DNA of 64,000 bases from Planctomycetota bacterium (GTDB lineage: Bacteria > Planctomycetota > UBA1135): positions 2,315 to 66,314 of the forward strand of contig JBDQJC010000009.1 in assembly GCA_040264055.1 (NCBI GenBank), in the 5' to 3' direction. The notes beneath the pieces are model-generated. The model was not told the DNA's origin, ran no database searches, and saw nothing but the letters and a program-made list of their open reading frames with translations. A program made the position numbers and the translations under genes. Positions 1 through 8,667 of the stretch are shown here, in pieces; the first letter of the stretch is position 1; the number at the start of each line of letters is the position of its first letter.

Positions 1-550
1 CGCCGTAGATCGGCATGGCGCCTTCCTCGAACATGTCATTTTCGCCTTGGTGCCAAACGAATCCTTCGAGTCGATAGGGGATGCGCTTGCGATCCAGTTC
101 GGCCAAGGCCTCGCGCACCCAACTCAATGCGAGTGGATACATCTCAAAGCCGCGCGGTTCGTCCGGGTTCCAATCCCCAGCCAGGTGCGTGCCGCCGGCC
201 GCAACCTTGATGATCGCGATCGGTGCGTCGGTGTGGCGTTTCACTTCGCGCGCGAAGCTCAGTTCCGGCCCGACCATATTCCGCACCGGCCGCAGCTCTT
301 CCCAGCCATCCGACTTGGTTTTGTTCTCGCGGCCCAGGCAGTACGAGAACATCACATCCTTCTGCACCTCGCCCAGCCCAGAAAACGGCGGGAAGCGCTC
401 GATGTCCGCGACCTTCGAATCCGCGCCCTCCATATTGGACTGCCCGGCAAAGATGAATACGCGCAGCGTCTTGGTGTCCTCCTGCGCAGCGAGTGGTCCG
501 GCGGCAACGAAGAAGAGGGCGAGTTTGAGCAGGAAGGAAATGGGGCGCAT
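1..550 (-). CDS. Sialate O-acetylesterase (SASA/DUF303, SGNH-like) family protein, 3' end runs off the window
   Basis: Absent from the ORF track; manual translation from ATG at 550 gives signal peptide MRPISFLLKLALFFVAAGPLAAQ, then VFIFAGQSNM and later GFVWHQGEND, the SASA motifs. Confidence 0.85.
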   Translation of the reverse strand, partial: MRPISFLLKLALFFVAAGPLAAQEDTKTLRVFIFAGQSNMEGADSKVADIERFPPFSGLGEVQKDVMFSYCLGRENKTKSDGWEELRPVRNMVGPELSFAREVKRHTDAPIAIIKVAAGGTHLAGDWNPDEPRGFEMYPLALSWVREALAELDRKRIPYRLEGFVWHQGENDMFEEGAMPIYG

Positions 551-591
551 GGTGGGCAAGCGTGTACTTTGGGCTGACCCCGGAGGGACCG

Positions 592-981
592 ATGGCCAAA
601 GACTGGATCCAGATTACGAAAGAGCGCGTCGCGCGGCTCGATACTCAGATTCACGACGCAGAATTGCTCGGCTTTGCAATTCGGCAAAACCGTAGGCTGG
701 TCCGCATGGAGGTCCAGTTGGTCAACATGAATGGGCCCTGTGGTCGTCTGCAGCTTCAGTTTCTTGAAGTTCGGGTTCTCCGCTCTGGTCCCATGGGCAT
801 GCAGAATGTCTTTGGAGGTATCGGGTTGAGCACCGTCGCAGCGCTCCCGGAGAATGAACGACAAGAGCTGTTTTCATTTGGCAAGCCGGAAGATGGTCCG
901 GTCTTCACCCTGGAAACCTGCACCGAAATGTGGCTTCAGATTGCTTGCGAAACCGGCTGGACGCGCGAAATGACGCAATGA
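592..981 (+). CDS. Hypothetical protein, possibly Imm50-like immunity protein
   Basis: ORF 562..981, ATG at 592 preceded by GGAGG; HDAEL, QNV and C-terminal IACE motifs resemble Imm50-type proteins as I recall them. Confidence 0.45.
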   Translation: MAKDWIQITKERVARLDTQIHDAELLGFAIRQNRRLVRMEVQLVNMNGPCGRLQLQFLEVRVLRSGPMGMQNVFGGIGLSTVAALPENERQELFSFGKPEDGPVFTLETCTEMWLQIACETGWTREMTQ

Positions 982-1026
982 GGTCGGACTCCAAGCTGGT
1001 TTCCATGCAATTGATAGAGTGACTTC

Positions 1027-1719
1027 ATGGCATTGAGCCCGTCGCAACCGTCCCGGCTGAAGCCTCGCCTCGCAATTGCGATTTGTGCGGCTGTGTTCAT
1101 TGGTCTTGCGGTGCGTGACTCAAGTAAGGGTGGTATTCCATCGACAGCGCCGGTGACGAGCCCATCGACTTCGTTCGCTCAAAGCCAGTCGGATGCAACG
1201 CGACTCTTCGTTTGGGCGGGGTACTTGCTTGCCGATCCAGGCGAGTCTCTTCCTGCCATCGGAGTGCTCGAGATTCGTCCAGCGACGACGAACCATGACC
1301 CGTCCGCTCCTGAGTTGCTTCGTTTGTGGTCTTTTTGCGGCGTTCCCAGTGCGGATGGCGAGGGCGCTGTGCTTGCCGGCGATCGATGCGTCTTGTTCAA
1401 CGAGGGCAAACCCGATTCCTACTTCGAGTTCGATGGACTGAGGCTCGAAGCCATCGAGCCGCTTGGGTTTGCTTCGAGGATGAGCCGGCTTGAGTTTGCC
1501 GTCGCATTCGATGATGACCCGACGGATGATCTTGTCTTTGTTGGGCTCGGTTATTCGGTCGACTCAGAAATCTCGTTCTTTCGCGAACTTCTCGCGCGGC
1601 CGCCCGACGATCAAGTGCCGCCATTTGTACTTTCGCTTGAAGGGCTGAGCTTAGTGCCAACCTCCAGTTCGCCGAGTGCTTGGCTTCTGGAGATCGTTGC
1701 CGACATCCTCTTCATATAA
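1027..1719 (+). CDS. Hypothetical protein with N-terminal membrane anchor
   Basis: 230 aa ORF, hydrophobic segment LAIAICAAVFIGLAV, Ser/Pro/Thr linker; no family recognised. Confidence 0.5.
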   Translation: MALSPSQPSRLKPRLAIAICAAVFIGLAVRDSSKGGIPSTAPVTSPSTSFAQSQSDATRLFVWAGYLLADPGESLPAIGVLEIRPATTNHDPSAPELLRLWSFCGVPSADGEGAVLAGDRCVLFNEGKPDSYFEFDGLRLEAIEPLGFASRMSRLEFAVAFDDDPTDDLVFVGLGYSVDSEISFFRELLARPPDDQVPPFVLSLEGLSLVPTSSSPSAWLLEIVADILFI

Positions 1720-1739
1720 GACCATAGCCTAGAAAAAAT

Positions 1740-4505
1740 ATGCGTAGCTCAACTTCGATGCGTGCTCTCGTCCTCGTGATCTTCGCAGCAGCTACCGGAG
1801 CGGTCTGGTGGGCTTTGACTCCCGCTTCTGCATCGCTCGACGATCCCTCGCAAGGATTGGAATCGGAGACTCCTGAGCCGATCCCTGCAGGTGCCGAAGG
1901 CTTGGCGGGTCCTCCGGACTTAGAAATGACCGAGGGAGCGCCCGTCGCGACCCAAGATCGAGAACGTGACGAAGTCGTCCTCGGGCATCGCGTCCTAGTG
2001 CTCGATGTCGAAGGACGGCCAGCGCCAGACGTTCCCGTCACGTTCTATGTCGACACCGAAGACCCAAATGGCTTTGACAGACATGTAGCCCGCCTCTCTC
2101 CGGGTGAGTTTCCGGGCATGCAAGCGTCGCCCAAGGCGCCGAAATCCGGGCCCGAAGGCGTTGCCGCTCTTCCGACACGTGATCTTTGCTTTGCTTGGGC
2201 GACGATCGAAGGTGCCTCGGGTTACGTGCTCATTCCGGGCACTTCTGAGGAAGAACCGGAAGAACCGCACACCTTGCAGCTTCACCCCGCGCCGATGGTC
2301 GAGTTGATCGTTCTCGATAGCAGCGGCCAGCCGGTCGAAGGCCGCCTTCAATTCAATGCACACGCCGGAAGCGCCGCTGCGATCGACCTGCAGTCAAAGG
2401 ACATGAAGGCCGGAGATTTCGGGTCAGCCTGGGCGCACGCTCCGAACCAGGTGTGCATGCTTGCGGATGGTCGACGGATGTTCAGTTTGATCCCACCGAA
2501 GCACGCCCGGGATCACATCGGAAAAGACCCTGGCAAACTGCGCTTCAAGCTGATGTTCGCTTACAACGGGGTTCCGTTTCCACCGCGCGTATTCGAAGAC
2601 GATGTGCTGGGCCCAATCGTCTATCAGCTCCCGGAAAGCGGGGCGCTCACTCTGCATCTGGTCGGATTCCCTGAAGGCTCAGTGCCCGGGATCAAGGAAT
2701 TCGGAACGAATGGCGGCCTCCAACAAGGTCGCAAGGCTGAAAATTCAGACCAAGAGAGTTGGCATTTCGAGGACCTCCCGGTCGGCAAGAATTGGCAAGT
2801 GGAGTTTTGGTGTTTGACCGGCGAAGGGCGGCAACGCCATCTCAGTGGCACAAGCCTGCCGCCGCACGAGATCGTTGGCCCGAGCAGTGGAGGGGAGCAA
2901 GCCGAGGCAAGCCTCGAATTTTCTTGGCCGGCCGGGTTCCATGGTCGACTTGTCTACCCGGATGAAGCGGGCTTGCCTTTTGACCAGTTTCTTTCGGACG
3001 GAAACCGCGGCTACCTCGAAGCTGAATTGCGCTTCCGATCGGGAAACCAGCGCACGGATTGGGCGCGGGTCGGCGTCTTTCCTGACGGCCGTTTTTTCAT
3101 ACCGCTCGATCCAGAGCGCCGCTCGCACGAAAACACTTCTGCGGTCAGCGGCTTCGAACTAATCTTCAGGGCCGATGAGCCGCGTGAAGTGCAGGAGGGC
3201 TGGGTGCCGGATCGACTTTGGGCCTTTGTCGATGCAACTCTGCCCACGCCAAGAGCGAGCGTCGATGTCGGCGAGGTCACGCTTCAGCATCGCGAGCCGC
3301 TGTTCAAGGTGCTCGTTTCCGATTCAAATGGCGAAGCTGTTTCGGGTGCAGCGGTCAGCATCTCGTTTGCGTCAGATTGGGATCGACCCGAAATGAACCG
3401 TGACCGCTTCTATCGTGCAGGCCGCGGAACTTCGAGCGATGCGCGCGGTGAAGCCTGGCTGATTGCACGGGATTGGCAATCCTTGGGACCAAGCATTCGC
3501 GTGGAAGGCCGGATGGAGATTCCCCAACACAGTCCGCACACGTTACGTGTGAAGGTTCAACACCCGGATTTCTTGCCTGCCGAACTCGACATTTCCGGTG
3601 GTGAGCGCACTGCCCATGTGACTCTGGTTCCAGCAGCAACGGTCGCGGGCAGCGTGCTCGCGTTCCGATTCGGGACCGCGATCCATGCCGAGTTGCTGCC
3701 CGTCGGCGCTTACCTCGGGGAAGGCTTGAGATACACCACCCTGCATGGGGCTCGTCGCGGAGAGGAAACCATCGACTTCAAGCTCGAGGGAGTCCCGCCC
3801 GGATTCTGGGATGTCGCGTTCAAGCTGTCCTCCTTCGAGGATTACGAATTGCTGCGGGTTTCTTCCGTCGAGGTGTCCGGGAATGGAACTGTGCGTGACC
3901 CACGCCTTCAGGGCGTTGACCTGAGCGATGCACTGGGCGAAGTCCGGCTGCGGCTTTTTCGTGAGGGTGGGGGGCGCTTGACTCCTGCCGAGATCAGCGA
4001 GGGAAACTTCCGACTGCGCAAGTATCGCGCGGGCGGCGGCCATTCGACCGGCCCTGCAGATTGGGTCGGCGATGAGATCTTCGCTCTGATGCCAGCAGGT
4101 GCTGAATACAAGCTGGGGGTCGTAGGCGACGGATGGGCAGTCACGGATTTGGGTGGGCTGCGGCCCGGTACTCATGATGTGTACTTGAAGGAACTGGTGC
4201 AGAGTCAAGTACGCGTTACCAACTTCGCGCAGCTTCCCGAAGGCGTTGAACTTGATCTGATGGTGATGCCCAAGGGGACTGCTGGCATCGTTTTCTTGAT
4301 ACAAGGCAGGGTCGAGCAGGCGGAGGTGCCGCTGCATTGGCAAGCGGCCGGGCCACATTCCGTCACTTGGTATCTCAGGAAAAACTCCGCCGGTTGGAGC
4401 GAGCGGGTCAAGGTCGAAATCACTGTGACCGAAGAGCACGTGCGATCGGGCGGCATCCTCGAGTTGGCGATCCCCGAATCGCTCCTCGCTGCCATTCCAG
4501 ATTGA
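1740..4505 (+). CDS. Large membrane-anchored protein with repeated carboxypeptidase-regulatory-like (beta-sandwich) modules
   Basis: 921 aa, N-terminal TM segment, recurring motifs VLDVEGRPAPDVPV / VLDSSGQPVEG / VSDSNGEAVSGAAV. Confidence 0.65.
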   Translation: MRSSTSMRALVLVIFAAATGAVWWALTPASASLDDPSQGLESETPEPIPAGAEGLAGPPDLEMTEGAPVATQDRERDEVVLGHRVLVLDVEGRPAPDVPVTFYVDTEDPNGFDRHVARLSPGEFPGMQASPKAPKSGPEGVAALPTRDLCFAWATIEGASGYVLIPGTSEEEPEEPHTLQLHPAPMVELIVLDSSGQPVEGRLQFNAHAGSAAAIDLQSKDMKAGDFGSAWAHAPNQVCMLADGRRMFSLIPPKHARDHIGKDPGKLRFKLMFAYNGVPFPPRVFEDDVLGPIVYQLPESGALTLHLVGFPEGSVPGIKEFGTNGGLQQGRKAENSDQESWHFEDLPVGKNWQVEFWCLTGEGRQRHLSGTSLPPHEIVGPSSGGEQAEASLEFSWPAGFHGRLVYPDEAGLPFDQFLSDGNRGYLEAELRFRSGNQRTDWARVGVFPDGRFFIPLDPERRSHENTSAVSGFELIFRADEPREVQEGWVPDRLWAFVDATLPTPRASVDVGEVTLQHREPLFKVLVSDSNGEAVSGAAVSISFASDWDRPEMNRDRFYRAGRGTSSDARGEAWLIARDWQSLGPSIRVEGRMEIPQHSPHTLRVKVQHPDFLPAELDISGGERTAHVTLVPAATVAGSVLAFRFGTAIHAELLPVGAYLGEGLRYTTLHGARRGEETIDFKLEGVPPGFWDVAFKLSSFEDYELLRVSSVEVSGNGTVRDPRLQGVDLSDALGEVRLRLFREGGGRLTPAEISEGNFRLRKYRAGGGHSTGPADWVGDEIFALMPAGAEYKLGVVGDGWAVTDLGGLRPGTHDVYLKELVQSQVRVTNFAQLPEGVELDLMVMPKGTAGIVFLIQGRVEQAEVPLHWQAAGPHSVTWYLRKNSAGWSERVKVEITVTEEHVRSGGILELAIPESLLAAIPD

Positions 4506-4592
4506 TCGGCAGTATGTGAGCGGCCTTCGCGGTTCCGCCCCGCGCGACTACCCTTCTGATCGGGCAGGGGGCAACCCCCGCGCCCAGTAAGC

Positions 4593-6854
4593 ATGAGCGC
4601 CGACCGCGTCACGATCGTCGAGGAGAACCTCGATCGCCTGTTAGCCGAGCTGCCTGCAAGCGCTCGGCCGCTTGGAGCGCAAGAATCGCTGCGGCCGGGC
4701 AGTAGTCTGACCGCGGCCCGCGCGCGCGATTTGTTTGAGGACATGGTGCTGTCGCGCAGCCTCGATACCGCGGCGCGCGCACTCAAAGCGCGCGGCCAAG
4801 GTTTCTACACCATCTCGAGCGCCGGCCACGAAGCGAATGCCACGCTCGGCGCGCTACTGCGGCCGACCGATCCTTGCCTGCTTCACTACCGCTCGGGCGC
4901 GCTGTTCTCTTCGCGACTGCGGCAAGTACCGGGCAGCACGCCAGCCTGGGATGTTTTGCTTTCGCTGACGGCCTCGGCCGAAGATCCGGCCAGCGGCGGG
5001 CGCCACAAAGTCTGGGGCAGTCGCGCCGCGTGGATTCCGCCCCAGACATCGACGATCGCGAGCCATGTGCCCAAGGCCGTCGGCATGGCTTTCGCACTGG
5101 GCCGCGCACGCCGTCTGGCGATGGAAGCCGGCTTGCCGCCGCACAGCGATCTGCCGCAGGATTCGGTGGTCATGTGCAGCTTCGGCGATGCTTCGTCGAA
5201 CCACGCCACTGCGCTGGCTGGTATCAACGCTGCACGCTACGCCAAGCGCAAGGGAAACCCGGTGCCGATCCTGTTCGTGTGCGAAGACAACCAGCGCGGC
5301 ATCAGCGTCGAGACGCCGTCCCATTGGGTGCAAGACACCTGGGATGGTCGCCGCTACCTAAACTTCTTCGACGCCGTCGGCGAGATTGATCAGGTTTGGG
5401 ATACCGTTGAACTGGCGATCCGCACTTGTCGGCAGCAGCGCAGCCCGGTGTTCCTGCGGCTGGAAACGATTCGCTTGTGGGGGCACGCCGGCAGCGATGT
5501 CGAAACGGCTTATCGCACGCTCGACGACATCGAGAAGAGTGAAGCGCGCGACCCGATTCAGTCTGCGGCGCGCCGGCTGGTCGAGATGGGCGCAGCCAGC
5601 CCGGAACAGTTGCGCCGCATCCTTACGACGACGCGCACGCGGGTGCGCGCGGCGATGGAGCATGCGGTCGGTCGCCCTAAGGTGGTCGAGGCAACCGAAG
5701 TCATGCGTCCGCTGGCGCCGGTCGAACCGGAGGCTTGGCGCGCCGCGGCGACGCGCGCACTTCCGGCCGCAGCCCGCAAAGCCGTGTTCGGCCGCCGTCT
5801 ACCCGAAGCCGAGACTTCGAGTACCCGGCGCACGCTCGCCGCGCGCATCAACCAAGCGCTGCACGATGAGATGCTGCGCCACCCAGAGATGATCGTCTTC
5901 GGCGAAGACGTCGGCCGCAAGGGTGGGGTGTATGGGCTGACGCAACGCCTGCAAGAACGCTTCGGTCAGGCGCGCTGTTTCGATACGCTGCTCGACGAGA
6001 CGACGATCTTGGGCGTTGCGCAAGGTGCGGCGCAGGTTGGCTTGCTGCCCGTGCCGGAGATCCAATACCTGGCTTACCTGCACAACGCGATTGACCAGTT
6101 GCGCGGCGAAGCCTGTTCGATGGCTTACTTTTCGAACGGCGCCTTCACCAACCCGATGGTGGTGCGCATTGCTGGGTTGGCTTACCAAAAAGGTTTTGGC
6201 GGGCATTTTCATAACGACAACTCGATTGGCGCGCTGCGCGAAATCCCGGGCTTGGCGATCGCTTGTCCGGCGCGCGGCGACGATGCGGTGCGCATGTTCC
6301 GTGGCGCGATGGCCATGGCCGCCGAGAGCGGGCGGGTCGTCGCCTTCTTGGAGCCGATTGCGCTGTACCACGAACGCGATCTTTACGAGGCTGGCGATGA
6401 AGCTTGGCTTAGTGATTACCCGGCGCCAGATGGCAGCGAGGATGCTGCTCTGTTGCCTGGCGAAGTCGGCGTGCACAACGCCGATGCTGCCGACTTGCTG
6501 ATCATTTCGTATGCGAACGGGCTGCGCATGTCGCTGCGCGCCGCACGCCGCCTCGAAGCCGAAACGGGCAAATGCGCTCGCGTTGTTGACCTGCGTTGGC
6601 TGAATCCGCTGCCGGTCGAAGCTTTCCGTGTGCACGCGGCGGAATGCAAGCGCGTGCTCGTCGTCGATGAATGCCGTGCAACCGGCGCCGGCATCGCCGA
6701 TGCGGTCATCGCGGACCTGGCCGAACACGGCTTCCAAGGCCGCATCAAATCGGTGCGAGGCCTCGATAGTTACATTCCTCTCGCCGACGCCGCCAACCTG
6801 GTGCTGGTTGACGAAGAGCAGATCCTCGAAGCCGCTCGCGAGGTGTCCGCATGA
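4593..6854 (+). CDS. Fused alpha/beta ThDP-dependent 2-oxoacid dehydrogenase E1 component
   Basis: SAGHE, GDASSNH ThDP-binding variant, LWGHAGSD, FGEDVG, DTLLDE, PEIQYLAY, VVDLRWL. Confidence 0.9.
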   Translation: MSADRVTIVEENLDRLLAELPASARPLGAQESLRPGSSLTAARARDLFEDMVLSRSLDTAARALKARGQGFYTISSAGHEANATLGALLRPTDPCLLHYRSGALFSSRLRQVPGSTPAWDVLLSLTASAEDPASGGRHKVWGSRAAWIPPQTSTIASHVPKAVGMAFALGRARRLAMEAGLPPHSDLPQDSVVMCSFGDASSNHATALAGINAARYAKRKGNPVPILFVCEDNQRGISVETPSHWVQDTWDGRRYLNFFDAVGEIDQVWDTVELAIRTCRQQRSPVFLRLETIRLWGHAGSDVETAYRTLDDIEKSEARDPIQSAARRLVEMGAASPEQLRRILTTTRTRVRAAMEHAVGRPKVVEATEVMRPLAPVEPEAWRAAATRALPAAARKAVFGRRLPEAETSSTRRTLAARINQALHDEMLRHPEMIVFGEDVGRKGGVYGLTQRLQERFGQARCFDTLLDETTILGVAQGAAQVGLLPVPEIQYLAYLHNAIDQLRGEACSMAYFSNGAFTNPMVVRIAGLAYQKGFGGHFHNDNSIGALREIPGLAIACPARGDDAVRMFRGAMAMAAESGRVVAFLEPIALYHERDLYEAGDEAWLSDYPAPDGSEDAALLPGEVGVHNADAADLLIISYANGLRMSLRAARRLEAETGKCARVVDLRWLNPLPVEAFRVHAAECKRVLVVDECRATGAGIADAVIADLAEHGFQGRIKSVRGLDSYIPLADAANLVLVDEEQILEAAREVSA

Positions 6855-7846
6855 GTCGCGTGGTGCTCGTGCTCCCTGGCCGCGGCTCGTACACCGAGCG
6901 CAGCATGGGCCAGCTCGACGCGGCCCACCCTTGGGTGCGCGCTGCCGAGGCGATGCGCGCTGAACTCGGCTTGGATTCGCTGCTCGAACTCGACCGTGCC
7001 GAACGCTTCAGCCCGGCGCGCCACTTGCGTCCGGCGCATGTTTCGCCCTTGATCTATTTGCGCACGATGCTGGATGTCGAGCGGGTGCGTGATCGCCACG
7101 AAATCCTCGCCATCATCGGCAACTCGATGGGTTGGTACACCGGCCTGGCTGCCGGCGGAGCGCTCAGCTTCGAAGATGGCTTGCGTTTGGTGCAGCGCAT
7201 GTCGATGTTGCAGGAAGAACACGGTGCCGACGGCGGGCAACTTGTTTACCCCGTGGTGGGGGAGGACTGGCGCTTGATCCCCGAGCGTCGTACTGCGGTC
7301 GATGCAGTCGTCGCGAGTCAGCCGGGTGAGCTTTTTCATTCGATTCACCTGGGTGGGCAGGCGGTGCTCGCAGGTTCGCGTGCGGGTTTGAAAGCTGCGC
7401 TTGAATCGCTCGAGCCGATTCAGCAGGGTCGCATCACTTACCCCTTGCGCCTGGCGCAACACGGGCCGTATCACACGCCGCTGGTGACGGACACTGCCCA
7501 AGCCGCACGCGGTTTCGCCGAAGACCTAGCCTTTACGCAACCCGAAGTCGAACTGATCGACGGCCTGGGTCGCCGCCATACGCCTTGGGGTGCCGACATC
7601 GAGCGCATGCGCGATTACACCTTTGGCGCGCAGATTACCGGCACCTATGACTTCACGCGCTCACTGCAAGTGGCGCTGTGCGAGCACGCTCCCGATCAAC
7701 TGATTGCGACCGGGCCGGGCAATACCCTCGGTGGCATCTGCGGCCAAATCCTGGTCGGCCTAGCGTGGCGCGACATTGATTCGAAGGACGCTTTCCTTGC
7801 GATCCAAGAAGGAAAGTCGCCGATTCTCGAGTCGCTCGATCGCTAG
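6851..7846 (+). CDS. FabD-like (ACP S-malonyltransferase fold) acyltransferase
   Basis: PGRGS, nucleophile elbow GNSMG, GPYHTP, GPG; ATGA overlap with E1 stop. Confidence 0.8.
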   Translation: MSRVVLVLPGRGSYTERSMGQLDAAHPWVRAAEAMRAELGLDSLLELDRAERFSPARHLRPAHVSPLIYLRTMLDVERVRDRHEILAIIGNSMGWYTGLAAGGALSFEDGLRLVQRMSMLQEEHGADGGQLVYPVVGEDWRLIPERRTAVDAVVASQPGELFHSIHLGGQAVLAGSRAGLKAALESLEPIQQGRITYPLRLAQHGPYHTPLVTDTAQAARGFAEDLAFTQPEVELIDGLGRRHTPWGADIERMRDYTFGAQITGTYDFTRSLQVALCEHAPDQLIATGPGNTLGGICGQILVGLAWRDIDSKDAFLAIQEGKSPILESLDR

Positions 7847-7911
7847 ATCCTGCACTGCGATCATGCGCAGCACACACGAGGGCCGACGGCGAATCGGTAT
7901 GCTCGCGTGAC

Positions 7912-8652
7912 ATGAGTCAGCTTCAAGCTGCCGCGGTGCAGCCCGTTGCTTTGCGTGTTGGCCGCGCGTTTGCGCGAGTGGTCATCGCCGGGCCGCTTGC
8001 TGTTCTGGGGCTGGAGCTGTTTTATAGCAGTCAGACTCTCAGCCTTCATTTTCAAGGCGGGCCCTCGATCGTATTCGGAATCCTTGCTGGAGTGATGGCG
8101 ATTGCCTTGGGTGGCTCACGCGGCCGCCTGGGCAAGCTGCGCCTCTTTCGCTGGGCTCTGATCGCGTGTTTATTGACTTCGATTTCCACGCGCAGCCATC
8201 TTGTCTTTGGAAACGAAGGCGGAGCGATGGGGCCGGTTGCTTGGTTGAGCTCAAGCCTTGGCCTTTGTTTGTTGGCCGCCGGAGTTGCATGCAGCTGGGT
8301 GCGCGTTCCATTCGGCGCAGCGGATCCCGCCAAATCGAAGGGCGAGAACTCCCAGTCGAAGGCATTGCAACGCCTCAGCAAGTTGCTGTGGATCACGGTC
8401 TTGTGTTCCTACGCCGTTTCGATCGCGCCTTATGTCTTCCTCCAGGATGCCGACGCCCGCTTCATGCTGGGATTATCGATGTACTTCGTACTGCATCTCG
8501 GCCTGATCTTCCTTGCGACTTGGATTGCATTGGTGCAAGACGCGCCGATGCCCGGCGGCTCCGCCAGAATCGCCGCGATCTTGCTTTACCCGATCATTGC
8601 CCTTGCTTTCGCACTCGCCTTCCCTCTCGCCATCTGGAGGCATTGGCTGTGA
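7912..8652 (+). CDS. Hypothetical integral membrane protein
   Basis: 246 aa with about 7 hydrophobic segments. Confidence 0.55.
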   Translation: MSQLQAAAVQPVALRVGRAFARVVIAGPLAVLGLELFYSSQTLSLHFQGGPSIVFGILAGVMAIALGGSRGRLGKLRLFRWALIACLLTSISTRSHLVFGNEGGAMGPVAWLSSSLGLCLLAAGVACSWVRVPFGAADPAKSKGENSQSKALQRLSKLLWITVLCSYAVSIAPYVFLQDADARFMLGLSMYFVLHLGLIFLATWIALVQDAPMPGGSARIAAILLYPIIALAFALAFPLAIWRHWL

Positions 8653-8667
8653 TCGTGGCTGTTTGGT

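Noticed and set aside
47-695. Plus-strand ORFs 47..577 and 81..695
   Set aside because: The real gene is the minus-strand SASA esterase with clear motifs
4562-4585. GC hairpin with GCAA loop just upstream of the ThDP-dependent E1 gene, considered as a TPP riboswitch
   Set aside because: No CUGAGA core or other TPP aptamer elements; intergenic space is short
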